Below are positions 48,090 to 58,188 of a DNA stretch of 64,000 nucleotides, in pieces. The stretch comes from an uncultured delta proteobacterium (lineage in GTDB: Bacteria; Desulfobacterota; BSN033; UBA1163). Position 1 is the first letter of the stretch. Every line of letters starts with the position of its first letter. The stretch covers positions 640,001 to 704,000 of the forward strand of contig CAWHBU010000003.1 in assembly GCA_963827685.1 (NCBI GenBank), given 5' to 3'. A program made the translations under genes and the position numbers. The notes beneath the pieces are model-generated. The model made no database searches, was not told the origin of the DNA, and saw only the letters and a program-made list of their open reading frames with translations.

Positions 48090-48214
48090 CCCCGTTAGAA
48101 ATAATGCCCCGCTGCTCTGCAGCGGGGATGAAAACTATTTCTTTTTCAGCGAACACGGGGTTCAAAGCCCCGTGTGAGCCCTCCCGTTAGAAAGTAGGAG
48201 ACTTTCTAACGGGG
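48090..48214 (-). mobile_element. MITE copy 2 (longer, opposite orientation, extra internal TIR)
   Basis: Same TIRs as copy 1; TTTA duplicated at 48086-48089 and 48215-48218. Confidence 0.85.
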
Positions 48215-48304
48215 TTTACTTGGCCTTATCGGTCTCATCCCAGCTTTGGTCCTGAGACTTTATGTGGACTTTGAGCATTCCGGAGTCAAACTCCGAATTG
48301 TGAA

Positions 48305-48958
48305 CTAATCAAGGGTGGTGATGCCATGCTGGATGGCGAACTTCACCAGACCGGGGAGATCGTTGACGTTTAGCTTCTGCATGAGTCTACTGCGGTAGGT
48401 CTCAACACTTTTAGGGGAGAGGCAGAGGATGTTGGCGATCTCCTTGCTCGACTTCCCTTCAACAACCAGTTGCAGGACTTCTCGCTCTCGGAGACTGAGG
48501 CGCTCCAGCGGGTTTTTCTCCTCGACAGCCTCTCGATGCCGTACATAATCTTCTATCATGGTCTCGGTGATTTTGCGGCTCAGGTAGCGCCGACCGACGT
48601 GAACAGCCCGCACAGCAGAGACCACTTCCTTGCCGGCCGATTCCTTCAGGACGTAGCCACGCGCACCCGCTTGCAGTGCTCGGGAAATGTGTTCAGGGGT
48701 GGAGTATACAGAGAGGATGACCACTTGTGTCGAGGGACAGGCCTGGTGAATCTCCATTGTGGCCTCGATCCCATTTAGCTCTGGCATGGCGATATCCATA
48801 ATGACCACATCGGGTTTTAGTTTCTGCACCTGGGTAACTGCCTGGCGGCCATTGGCGGCATCTCCCACCACGGTGATATCGGTCTGGGCCTCCAGCATGA
48901 AGCGCAACCCATCCCGGACCACCGCATGATCATCAGCGAGAAAAACCTTTATTGCCAT
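48305..48958 (-). CDS. NarL/LuxR-family response regulator
   Basis: LADDH, MDIAMP, LS.RE.EVL..V.EG..SKEIA..L..S.KSVE.YR. Confidence 0.95.
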   Translation of the reverse strand: MAIKVFLADDHAVVRDGLRFMLEAQTDITVVGDAANGRQAVTQVQKLKPDVVIMDIAMPELNGIEATMEIHQACPSTQVVILSVYSTPEHISRALQAGARGYVLKESAGKEVVSAVRAVHVGRRYLSRKITETMIEDYVRHREAVEEKNPLERLSLREREVLQLVVEGKSSKEIANILCLSPKSVETYRSRLMQKLNVNDLPGLVKFAIQHGITTLD

Positions 48959-48981
48959 AATTCCTTCTCAGCCCAGTACTA

Positions 48982-49009
48982 GATACTCGATACTGGATAC
49001 TTGATGCTG
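48982..49009. repeat. Heptamer array (GATRCTB)4, 3' arm of four-helix-bundle cassette 2
   Basis: GATACTC GATACTG GATACTT GATGCTG. Confidence 0.85.
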
Positions 49010-49012
49010 AAC

Positions 49013-49388
49013 ATTTTTTGCTAATGTGACCTTTTTCAACAGATTGAATGAATAGATTTAATTTTTTCCCCAAAATTTATAATTTATCATGTATTGAGTC
49101 GTAAATTTCTTTATCCACTAATGATCCAGTTTCAAAAAGAGTTTCCAAGTGATCGATGGTTTCATCATTTGAAGCAATAGCATAATTTAAGAATTTAATG
49201 AATTCTTGTTTATACCTTCGACGCCCATAACCCTTTACTATCGTTGATTTAATTGACTTAGATGACTTTCTGATTTGACTACCCTCCTCAAAGATTTCAA
49301 ACTTCGGTAGCTCTTTAAGAGTCATCTTATGAATTTCAATAACCGCTTCCCGAGCAAGTCTTCAAATTTCCAAATTCTTATAACTCAT
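49013..49388 (-). pseudogene. Four-helix-bundle (IVS-family) pseudogene with two in-frame stops
   Basis: MSYKNLEI*RLA...SQIRKSSKS...HDKL*ILGKKLNLFIQSVEK; TGA at 49362-49364, TAA at 49077-49079. Confidence 0.85.
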
Positions 49389-49426
49389 TTCCTTACCCTA
49401 ATTATTGTTTCAACAAGGCTATCATC

Positions 49427-49489
49427 CAGCATCAAGGATCAAGCATCGAGTATCTTTAATCAAGTATCAAGTATCCAGCATCCAGTATC
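49427..49489. repeat. Nine-unit heptamer array ending in ATC, 5' arm of cassette 2
   Basis: CAGCATC AAGGATC AAGCATC GAGTATC TTTAATC AAGTATC AAGTATC CAGCATC CAGTATC; complementary to 48982-49009. Confidence 0.85.
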
Positions 49490-49494
49490 TGCCT

Positions 49495-51831
49495 TTAATG
49501 GTCTCTCGGCACTTCCGCCACGATTTGCGTTCCTTTTCCTTTCGCGGTCTCCACGCTTAGGTGGCCCCCAACGCCCTGGGCACGCTCGCTCATGTTGATG
49601 AGCCCCCACCCCGGTTTCGCTTCTGCTTGGTGGTGGGCCTCGAGATCAAAACCGATACCGTCGTCAATAATGCTGAGGTGTACCGATTCGCCAAATTCCT
49701 CCAGCCTCAATTTTACGTTTTTGGCGTGGGCATACTTGGCCACGTTGGTCAACGCTTCCTGGGCAATGCGGAAAAGGGCCATTTCCGCGGGTAAGGACAG
49801 GCGCGGCTTCAAATCTTCTGCATTTAGCACTGTGGCAATACCTGTGCGCTCCGAGAATTGCTTCCCATACCAGTACAGGGCAGCGCTTATTCCGTAATCG
49901 TCCAGCACCGGCGGCCGCAATTCAGCCATGACATCCCGGATACGTTCCACCGTTTCCTCCACCAATTTCAGGGAATCATCTATTCGGGTCGCCGTCTTCG
50001 TCACTGTTCCACGGGGCAATTCACTGTGCACGATGTTCAGGTTGATGCTCAGTGCGGTCAGGTTCTGACCGACCTCATCATGGAGTTTTCGGACGAGATC
50101 ACGGCGCTCAATCTCCTGCACTTCCACCAGCCGTCGGGAGAGGTTTCGCAATCGTTCGCGGCTGGTACGCACCTGCTCAAAAAGGCCCCCCCTTTCTTTT
50201 TCGGCTTGCTTGCGCTCGGTGATGTCTTGAAAACTTGCCTCATAATATTGCACCCGACCTTCAGCATCCCGGACGGTTCGGGTGTTACCCTCTACCCAAA
50301 TGATCGATCCATCGTGGCGGCGCAATTTTTTTTGAAAATTCTTCACAACCCCTTCATGTTCAAGTAGGCTTTCCCACCGAATACGATCTTCTAAGTTTAC
50401 ATACGTATCACCAGTGTTTACCATCAATAAGGAATTGCGGTCTGGGTAACCCAACATCTGCACCAAGGCAGGGTTGACGTCCATAATCTGCCCTGTTGGG
50501 GTAGTTTGGTAGAGCCCTATGGGCACACCGTCAAACAAACTTCGATAACGAGCTTCACTCTTTTGCAGCGCTTCCTCTGCCTGCTTGCGCTCGGTGATGT
50601 CCCTCAAATATAGCACGGTCGCTATCTTCCCCTGCCACGGCATGGTGACGCTGCTAAGCTCCAAAGGCACAATCGTACCATCTTTACGAACCCCCGCCGC
50701 CTCGTAGTGCTTGGGGACAGATTCTCCTATATGCCTTCGCCTATACCAGTCTTTTAGCCGTACGGAGATTTCATGGGGGACCAAGTCCCAGGGTGATCTG
50801 CCTACCAGTTCCTCCCTCGAATAACCCGACATTGCGCAAAACTGGTCGTTCACAGAAACAAACGCTACTTCTCCTTCTCCACTATCCTGGATGATGATGA
50901 TTCCCTCACCTGCCCTCCCCGCCGCTTCAATTAAAGCCCTGTACTTTTCTTCGGACTCCCTTAGCGCCTCCTCTGCCTGCTTGCGCTCGGTGATGTCAAT
51001 TGAAATACCTTCAATGATCACCTCGGCACCTTCCGTATGCCTGCCGACGGAACGGTCATAGAGCCACCGCCAATTCCCTGAGGAATCTTTAATGCGATAT
51101 TCAACCTTTAAATCTCTTCCTGATGCAAAATCTTTTATCACTTGAGCTATGGAATGTTGGTCATCGGGGTGGATAGATTTATTCCATAACCAGGGGTTTT
51201 CGTAAAGAAAATCGGGTGAGTACCCCAGGATCGACTTCACTCGAGAAGAAACGAAAAGGGTCCCACGCTTATCCGAGAAGGACCAAACAATTGCCGGTGA
51301 ATTCTCAACAAGGCGCCGATACCTCTCTTCGCTCTCTATCAGGGCATTTTCCGCCCCCTTGTGCTCGGTGATGTCCCGTATCGTTATTAAAGCAAACGGT
51401 TTATCACCAATTTGAACAACCTTGCCAGCCGCCAACCCAACGCGTATTTCACCAGATTTTATTCGAAAACTGGCTTCAAAGCCAATGACTCTCTTCTGAT
51501 CCCGTAACATCGAAACAAACCGAGCGCGCTCACTTAGATCAGGCCACAGATTTAATTCCAACGAAGTGTGACCGAGAATCTCCTCGCGCCGGTAACCCGT
51601 GGCGTGGCAAAAACCATCATTCACTTCGACGACTCGCTCATCCGATAACCCGATCAGTGTAATCGAATCGGGACTGTTTCGAAATGCAGTTGCAAATTTC
51701 TCTTCCGACTCCCGAAGCGCCTCCTCCGTCCGCTTGCGCTTTGCCTCTTCTCTTCTCAATTTAACCACCTGCCTGCGCAAAGCTTCCAACTCTTCGATGA
51801 GTTGCTTTTTTTTCTTATATTGGTCTTTCAT
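49495..51831 (-). CDS. Four-PAS HisKA_3 sensor kinase (cognate of the NarL regulator)
   Basis: Four DITE(R/H)K linkers; LHDEVGQNLT; LRPPVLDD.G; QEALTNVAK; DDGIGF. Confidence 0.93.
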   Translation of the reverse strand: MKDQYKKKKQLIEELEALRRQVVKLRREEAKRKRTEEALRESEEKFATAFRNSPDSITLIGLSDERVVEVNDGFCHATGYRREEILGHTSLELNLWPDLSERARFVSMLRDQKRVIGFEASFRIKSGEIRVGLAAGKVVQIGDKPFALITIRDITEHKGAENALIESEERYRRLVENSPAIVWSFSDKRGTLFVSSRVKSILGYSPDFLYENPWLWNKSIHPDDQHSIAQVIKDFASGRDLKVEYRIKDSSGNWRWLYDRSVGRHTEGAEVIIEGISIDITERKQAEEALRESEEKYRALIEAAGRAGEGIIIIQDSGEGEVAFVSVNDQFCAMSGYSREELVGRSPWDLVPHEISVRLKDWYRRRHIGESVPKHYEAAGVRKDGTIVPLELSSVTMPWQGKIATVLYLRDITERKQAEEALQKSEARYRSLFDGVPIGLYQTTPTGQIMDVNPALVQMLGYPDRNSLLMVNTGDTYVNLEDRIRWESLLEHEGVVKNFQKKLRRHDGSIIWVEGNTRTVRDAEGRVQYYEASFQDITERKQAEKERGGLFEQVRTSRERLRNLSRRLVEVQEIERRDLVRKLHDEVGQNLTALSINLNIVHSELPRGTVTKTATRIDDSLKLVEETVERIRDVMAELRPPVLDDYGISAALYWYGKQFSERTGIATVLNAEDLKPRLSLPAEMALFRIAQEALTNVAKYAHAKNVKLRLEEFGESVHLSIIDDGIGFDLEAHHQAEAKPGWGLINMSERAQGVGGHLSVETAKGKGTQIVAEVPRDH

Positions 51832-51910
51832 AATTCGGTTTACTCCTCACCACAAATAAAATTAGGAACCCTCCAATAATCCGATTGGACTCATGTCCCG
51901 CTTGGACAAT

Positions 51911-52040
51911 AAAAAAGCTCTCCTAGTCCAAGATCTCCTTGAAACTAAGAGAGCCCAATTTTATTGGACGATCAGGGCTTACCATTACCTTTCCCCCACC
52001 GTTAAAGGATGAATGGCCTCTACTCCAATATCACCTCTCG
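51911..52040 (-). promoter_or_regulatory. Structured 5' leader ending in an intrinsic terminator (candidate riboswitch/attenuator)
   Basis: GCTCTCTTAGT..ACTAGGAGAGC-TTTTTT lies 80 nt before ATG; upstream TATTGGA/TCCAATA and CCATT..CCTTT/AAAGG..AATGG stems. Confidence 0.6.
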
Positions 52041-52046
52041 TTGAGA

Positions 52047-52074
52047 ATTGTATACGAATCCTGTTAGGTGTCAA
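52047..52074 (-). promoter_or_regulatory. sigma70-type promoter driving the leader
   Basis: TTGACA-N16-TACAAT. Confidence 0.65.
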
Positions 52075-52178
52075 ATTATTTTCAGCTTGCGAAGTTTTCG
52101 AACATTTTTTAGAATAGCTTAACCGCTTATATTCTACGAGAGAAAAAAAGTACCAGGAAATTCTTGACTGGACAAGAG

Positions 52179-53000
52179 TTAAGACAGATTCAAGACCTTT
52201 CTCACTTCTTGAGGTATGGCAATTTCTCTTCCGAATTCTTTTGAAATCCTGACCACTCTCTCCACCAATTGGGCATTGTTCTTAGCCAGGATGCCTTTCG
52301 AATAGTAGATGTTATCCTCCAACCCAAACCGGACATGCCCGCCCATTATCATTGCCATCATGGCCATCGGGAGTTGGCCCGTACCGATCCCAATCACAGA
52401 CCATGTCGAACCTTGGGGGAGGATCTCTGAAAGATAGAGGAGAGATTTTGCTGTGGCGGGCATGCCGCCGAGAACGCCTAAAACGAATTGAAAGTGGAGC
52501 GGAGGTTTAAGAAGGCCTTTTTCCAAAAACCTATTGCAGATTTCTACCATTTCAACTTCAAATCCCTCCATCTCGGGCTTAATTCCCCTCGCCAGCGTCT
52601 CTTCGGCCAGCATCTCCAAAAACTCTGGAGGGTTGAGAAAAACATTCTCCCTTATATTGATAGATCCTGCATCAAAGGAGACCAATTCTGGATTTAAGGA
52701 TAAGGGAACAAGCCTTTCTTCAAATTGGAGATTTCTCCCCGGGATGCCGCTCGTGGTCAGGCAGAGGATCGCATCGGTTTCGCTTCGAATACGGTCCACT
52801 ATCTCCTTAAAGATGGAATAATCCTGGGCTCCTAATTCTGTCTTTGGATCTCTCACATGGATATGAAGGATAGAAGCTCCCGCTTTCCAAGCCTCAATCC
52901 CCGACTGGGCAATCTCTTGCGGAGTAATGGGGATATACGGGGTTTGTTGTCTTGTGATTCGAGAACCTGTTATCCCAACAGTAATGATGAGTTTCTCCAT
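52179..53000 (-). CDS. kce: 3-keto-5-aminohexanoate cleavage enzyme (BKACE/DUF849 family)
   Basis: LIITV.ITG; P.TP.EIA; HIHVRD; GGHVR.GLEDN. Confidence 0.8.
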   Translation of the reverse strand: MEKLIITVGITGSRITRQQTPYIPITPQEIAQSGIEAWKAGASILHIHVRDPKTELGAQDYSIFKEIVDRIRSETDAILCLTTSGIPGRNLQFEERLVPLSLNPELVSFDAGSINIRENVFLNPPEFLEMLAEETLARGIKPEMEGFEVEMVEICNRFLEKGLLKPPLHFQFVLGVLGGMPATAKSLLYLSEILPQGSTWSVIGIGTGQLPMAMMAMIMGGHVRFGLEDNIYYSKGILAKNNAQLVERVVRISKEFGREIAIPQEVRKVLNLS

Positions 53001-53132
53001 ATCACCTTCCCACTCAATGCCTTAATGTCCGATGAGCAACTATCGATTCCCAATGGTCATCGAACGATTGAAACCTCAATCCATTGACCATTGATTATTG
53101 CTAACTGGTCATTGAACGGTTGATCTGTAATT

Positions 53133-54395
53133 CTACGGATAGAGTCCTCTCAGCCTCGAGGCTTCAGCCACCCTTCCGATTCCAAGCACAAGGGCCGCCA
53201 CTCTCATGGAAATTTTTTTAGAAAGGGAGATATCCAGAACTTCTTTGAAACCCTTCTGCATGATCCGGGTCAATCGATCTAGCACCTCTTCTTCACTCCA
53301 GATAAGTTCCTGAAGGTTCTGAACCCACTCAAAATAGGAGACCGTCACTCCTCCTGCATTGGCTAAAATGTCGGGAACCAAAAAGACTCCCTTGTTATTC
53401 AAAATCTCATCCGCCTTAGGGGTCGTCGGACCATTCGCCCCTTCGACGATAATCTTCGCTTTGACTCGAGGGGCATTCTTCTCTACAATCTGATTTTCTA
53501 TCGCAGCGGGGACCAGGATATCGCATTTCAACTCTAACAACTCTTGATTCGTGATCTCGGTTTCGTCCTTCGTCTCGCAAACAAAACACTTATATTTTGC
53601 CTTGTATTCCAAAGCCCTCATCACATCCAATCCCTTCTCATTGTAGAGTCCTTTTTCTGAATCGCTGATGGCGATAACCTTTGCCCCCAGACGATGGAAG
53701 TGCATGGCCGCAACGCCTCCCACATTTCCACATCCCTGAATGACCACGTTCGCTCCTTCAACCGACATTTTCAAGTATTTCAACGCCTCGAGAGAGGTGA
53801 TCACCACTCCTCTCCCCGTGGCTTCAAGCCTCCCCAGGGATCCTCCCAGCTCAACGGGTTTGCCCGTCACCACGCCTGGGACAGAATAGCCTTTTAGAAT
53901 GCTGAAGGTGTCCATGATCCAGGCCATCACCTGTGGGTTGGTATAGACATCCGGAGCAGGGATATCCTGTTCAGGACCCAACATCATGAAGATCTCCCAG
54001 GTAAACCGTCTCGTCAAATGCTCTATCTCATGAAGTGACATCTCTTTCGGGTTACATTGAACCCCGCCTTTGGCCCCTCCGAATGGGATGTTGACCACTG
54101 CCGACTTCCAGGTCATCCACATTGACAAAGCCCTCATTTCATCCAGATCAATATCGGGATGGTATCTTATTCCCCCCTTGGCTGGTCCCCTCGCCACATT
54201 ATGTTGGACTCGGTAGCCGGTAAAGATCTTGACGCTCCCATCATCCATCTGAACAGGAAAATGGACGATTAACTCCCTCTTTGTATTTTTCAATTTTTCA
54301 ATCGATCCAGGATCCAGGTTCAAATACTTGGCCGCAATATCCACTTGTTTCTTTGCCATCTCGAAGGAATCAATCTTCTCGTTTTCGGCCATCAT
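53133..54395 (-). CDS. gdhA: Glu/Leu/Phe/Val dehydrogenase, probably glutamate dehydrogenase
   Basis: RGPAKGGIRY, MTWK, GGAKGG, DIPAPD, TGKP, EGANGP, VSYFEW. Confidence 0.9.
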   Translation of the reverse strand: MMAENEKIDSFEMAKKQVDIAAKYLNLDPGSIEKLKNTKRELIVHFPVQMDDGSVKIFTGYRVQHNVARGPAKGGIRYHPDIDLDEMRALSMWMTWKSAVVNIPFGGAKGGVQCNPKEMSLHEIEHLTRRFTWEIFMMLGPEQDIPAPDVYTNPQVMAWIMDTFSILKGYSVPGVVTGKPVELGGSLGRLEATGRGVVITSLEALKYLKMSVEGANVVIQGCGNVGGVAAMHFHRLGAKVIAISDSEKGLYNEKGLDVMRALEYKAKYKCFVCETKDETEITNQELLELKCDILVPAAIENQIVEKNAPRVKAKIIVEGANGPTTPKADEILNNKGVFLVPDILANAGGVTVSYFEWVQNLQELIWSEEEVLDRLTRIMQKGFKEVLDISLSKKISMRVAALVLGIGRVAEASRLRGLYP

Positions 54396-54894
54396 CGTAA
54401 CCTCCTCCCCAAAAATTACAAAAATGCGGCAGTCTTTTTCAATGACTTTTTTCTACCTCTTCTGCCTTCCTTTTTCAAGAGAAATCTTGTGACCTTTCTA
54501 TCCATCTGCCTAATCGAATCACTTTCCGTGGAATTCCATTCAATTGGTGCCTCTTCCGGAGGAAATTCTTGTCGAATAAATCGCCGGAATTGTCGAAACG
54601 GATGATCACTAAAGTTACTGAGCCCGCATTCTTGGTGGGTGCTCGTAACCTATTGAATCTCTGCCTGTCTTTGGTTTCGATCTGCCGCGACGGATTTATA
54701 ATGCCGAGAAGAGAACTATTTCTCTCAATAGATCTCGACAAGTCTTTCCTGTTTGAGGTTGAATCCTGAGAAAATCATTTCTTATAGAATCTAAATTCAT
54801 CCAACTGCCGGAAGCGCGTAACCCCTCTGAAAATCTTAATAAATCATCATTCCGAATACAATCAAGAATCTCACCCAATATCTAATAAATGTAT

Positions 54895-54909
54895 TGGCAC
54901 AGTCCTTGC
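54895..54909 (+). promoter_or_regulatory. sigma54 -24/-12 promoter
   Basis: TGGCAC-AGTCC-TTGC upstream of the Spy/ZraP-like gene. Confidence 0.85.
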
Positions 54910-54951
54910 TCTATTTACAGGGCAATGGTTAAATTAATAGTATGAAGGGAG

Positions 54952-55485
54952 GTGAGAAAGATGAGAAAGACGGTCATTTTATTAGGATTGGTGGCACTCA
55001 TGGTTCTGGGTGTGGCCTATGCTTATGCTCAAGGACCGGCGTATGGTCCTGGACATAGACAGGGTTGGGGTCAGGAGAAATGGTCTTCGCTGACTCCCGA
55101 GCAGCGGACCAAATTTCAGGAATTGCGCCAGAAGTTCAATGACGAGACAGCCCAGTTGAGAGGAGCGATCCTCACCAAAAGGCTGGAACTCCGATCTCTA
55201 TGGAGCAATCCAAAGGCTGACCCTAAAGCTATTCTGAGTAAGGAAAATGAATTGACAACCCTTCAGGATCAGTTAAGAGATAAGGCTGTTCACTTCAAGG
55301 TCGAAGCTCGTTCGATCCTCACCCCTGAGCAGATTGCCCAATTCGGATCTGGTTGGGGTAGGGAACCTGGATTCGGTCGCGGCCATATGATGGATTACGG
55401 CTACGGAATGGGTCGTGGCGAAATGGGTCCCGGTTACGGCATGGGTCCCGGTCACGGGATGGGCTCCGGTTTTGGATGCTATTAA
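54952..55485 (+). CDS. Spy/CpxP/ZraP-family periplasmic protein with a Gly/Met/His/Tyr-rich tail
   Basis: Signal peptide; two LTPEQ motifs; GMGPG(Y/H) repeats. Confidence 0.85.
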   Translation: MRKMRKTVILLGLVALMVLGVAYAYAQGPAYGPGHRQGWGQEKWSSLTPEQRTKFQELRQKFNDETAQLRGAILTKRLELRSLWSNPKADPKAILSKENELTTLQDQLRDKAVHFKVEARSILTPEQIAQFGSGWGREPGFGRGHMMDYGYGMGRGEMGPGYGMGPGHGMGSGFGCY

Positions 55486-55510
55486 TCATGGTCTCTGGAA
55501 ATACCTCGAC

Positions 55511-55548
55511 AAAAGGGGAAGGCTTGTTTCTTCCCCTTTTTTATTTTT
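55511..55548 (+). terminator. Intrinsic terminator
   Basis: AAAAGGGGAAG...CTTCCCCTTTT followed by a T-tract. Confidence 0.75.
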
Positions 55549-55825
55549 GACCCATTCGACTGCGCCCGAGCCCAGGGCCTTCAGAACCGGCAAGAAAGCA
55601 CCACTCAGGGTCAAACCTGAGCCCCTCGACCTGCTATTTTGACTGAGCTCACGCTGAAGTCTTGGGCCGAAGGCAAACCTTCTACCGCTCTGTTGCGGGG
55701 CAAGCCCCCTTTCTCATCCGGGAAGTCGAAGGTTTGACTTTTTCAAATCATTCCGATATGTTTTAAAATAAACGAACAGGACATGAAATTTCGATATCAT
55801 GGAGTCGGAGTGCTGAGGAAGGACT

Positions 55826-56317
55826 ATGAAGCTTAAAATACAACTGCTCATTTTTTGTTTTCTTTTTATCCTCGCTGTCTCTCCCTCCTTCCCACAACCT
55901 CCGGGAATGGAAATGAAAAAGTGGAGGGGAGAAGGTCCCTGCTGGAGAGCATTGGAACTCGATCTCTCCCAGGAGCAGAGGAAAGGCCTTGATTTGATTC
56001 AGCAGAGTTATTTCCGCGAAGTCCAACTTCTCAGACTCCAGCTTTTTACAAAGCGTCTAGAACTTCGCGAACTACTTACCGATCCGGCCGCGAAAACTGA
56101 ATCCATACGTGGAAAATATTCAGAAATCATCGAACTCCAATCGAAACAGGAAGAGAAGGCGATTGAATATCTGATCAAAGTGAGAAATCTCCTCACTCTG
56201 GAACAATTAAAGAGTTGGTGTCCAGAACAGGAACTCCCTTCTTTTCGACAGAGGATGCACGGAATTGGCCCGATGGAACCGATGCATCAAAGAAAAGCCT
56301 TACCTCCGCCGGAGTAA
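55826..56317 (+). CDS. Second Spy/CpxP-family periplasmic protein
   Basis: Signal peptide; LSQEQ and LTLEQ motifs; TKRLELR shared with the upstream paralog. Confidence 0.8.
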   Translation: MKLKIQLLIFCFLFILAVSPSFPQPPGMEMKKWRGEGPCWRALELDLSQEQRKGLDLIQQSYFREVQLLRLQLFTKRLELRELLTDPAAKTESIRGKYSEIIELQSKQEEKAIEYLIKVRNLLTLEQLKSWCPEQELPSFRQRMHGIGPMEPMHQRKALPPPE

Positions 56318-56345
56318 CCTAAAGGGAAATTAGGACGGGTATATT

Positions 56346-58082
56346 TTGGTCAAGAATGAGAATAAGATAAAAAGAAGTTTCTCCCTGATCTATCTAGGGA
56401 TTTTCTCCGGAATCATTCTCGTCATTCTCATCATCAATGGACTTTTGGAAATCAATCGAACCCAAAAGGGATTCTATCTCTTGTTGGAAAGAGAAGCGAC
56501 CGTTCTGATTCAGCATTTCGAGAAAAATATTCAAGAAGCCTTCACTATTCTGGAATGGATGGAAAGTGAACCCGGGAAGTATTCTTTCAACGCTCCTGTC
56601 TCAGGGCTCTTTTTCGGCATAGAGGATTCCGTTGCCGAATATCTTCTGGAGACCATCCATGGAGTGGATCAAATCGACAGAGAAAAACCTCTGAACCCCT
56701 CTGATCTCCGAGGCCTCATCGACCAATACCGCATCACTTCAATCGAGATCTATGACTCCAAGGGAAACTCCCTCCGGGGGTGGCCTTCTCCATTTTCTCC
56801 CCGCGAAAAAAGACTTCTTCTTCATGAATTGATCGAGAAGAAACAGCCCGTGGCCATCGATCTTCTTGGCAAACCCCTTTCCGAAGGCCAATTGTTCTCG
56901 ATGGCTGTCTGGAGGAGAACGAATCCAGAGATCATCGCTCTGTACCTCAATGGAGAACAGTTGAAAAGACTTCTCCGGCAATTCGCCATTCAAAGGTCGA
57001 TCTCTGATATCAGTCTCAGAGAGGGTATCCTCTATATCTCTGTCCAGGATACTTCTCTCAACACCATTGCGCATACTGACTCAACCTTTATTGGAAGAAG
57101 AGACGAGGACCGGTTCTTAAAAAGTTCCCTCCAAAACAACCTGGTTCTCTCTCGTCACTATCAGACCACCCAGGGAGAGGAAATTTTTGAGGTGGTAAAA
57201 TCTTTCTCTCTGAAGGAAAAAACCATGGGACTGATCCGGATTGGATACTCCCCGAAGGAAATCCGCCCTGTGCTCAGCCAAATCAAAAAGAATGTCGCCC
57301 TCTCGGTCTTCTTTTTTCTCGTCTTAGGAATTTCAGCAATCACTCTCATATGGGTGAATCAGAATCGCAACCTCAAAAAAATGAAAGATATGGAGGACCG
57401 GATCCAATTGGCGGAGAGACTGTCGTCACTCGGCCATTTAGCTGCGGGCGTCGCCCATGAGATTCGAAATCCTCTCAATGCCATAGGCATGGGTCTTCAG
57501 AGGCTCAAGAGAGAATTTCTCCCTCAAAATGAATCCAATAAGGAAGAATATATCTCTTTTATGGAGTTGATCCTTAAAGAAATCAGAAGGGTCAATGAAA
57601 TCATCGAACAGTTTCTGACCCTCTCCAGACCATTTCAACTCAATCTGAGGAAGTCTCCTCTCCAAGATCTTCTGAGAAATTTAGTCACTCTCTTCCAGGA
57701 AGAGGCTTCCTCCCTGGGAATCACTCTTCAAACAGAGATTTCGACAGAACTCCCTGTTATCGAAATGGATCCTGAAAGGTTGACACAGGCCTTGATCAAT
57801 ATTATGAAGAATGGAATGCAGGCGATGAGACAAGGAGGAACCCTTCGTATTGAAACCAAATTCTTGAAAGATGCTGTGGAAGTGATGATCTCGGATTCGG
57901 GTTCTGGAATTCCGTCAGAACAGATGGAAAAGATTTTCAATTATTACTATACGACGAAAGAGAAAGGGGTGGGCCTGGGGCTTCCCATCGCCCATCGAAT
58001 TATTGAAGCCCACGGTGGCCAATTAAAAATAGAAAGTCGAGTTGATTCTGGAACAAAAGTAACAGTGAGATTACCTGTTTAA
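56346..58082 (+). CDS. Membrane sensor histidine kinase (ZraS-like)
   Basis: Two TM segments; AHEIRNPL; DSGSGI; G.GLGL. Confidence 0.92.
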   Translation: MVKNENKIKRSFSLIYLGIFSGIILVILIINGLLEINRTQKGFYLLLEREATVLIQHFEKNIQEAFTILEWMESEPGKYSFNAPVSGLFFGIEDSVAEYLLETIHGVDQIDREKPLNPSDLRGLIDQYRITSIEIYDSKGNSLRGWPSPFSPREKRLLLHELIEKKQPVAIDLLGKPLSEGQLFSMAVWRRTNPEIIALYLNGEQLKRLLRQFAIQRSISDISLREGILYISVQDTSLNTIAHTDSTFIGRRDEDRFLKSSLQNNLVLSRHYQTTQGEEIFEVVKSFSLKEKTMGLIRIGYSPKEIRPVLSQIKKNVALSVFFFLVLGISAITLIWVNQNRNLKKMKDMEDRIQLAERLSSLGHLAAGVAHEIRNPLNAIGMGLQRLKREFLPQNESNKEEYISFMELILKEIRRVNEIIEQFLTLSRPFQLNLRKSPLQDLLRNLVTLFQEEASSLGITLQTEISTELPVIEMDPERLTQALINIMKNGMQAMRQGGTLRIETKFLKDAVEVMISDSGSGIPSEQMEKIFNYYYTTKEKGVGLGLPIAHRIIEAHGGQLKIESRVDSGTKVTVRLPV

Positions 58083-58188
58083 CAACCCCCTCCCCTCTCC
58101 TTGCGGGAGGGGATTGAGGGGAGGGGGGACCGATGATCACCCTCACCCTGGCCCTCTCCCATCAAGGGAGAGGGAAAAGATTTTTGAG

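Noticed and set aside
49362-49364. In-frame TGA as selenocysteine or recoding
   Set aside because: It falls where the family usually has Trp/Tyr, and a second in-frame TAA occurs at 49077. Simple pseudogenisation fits better, and other genes here use TGA as stop.
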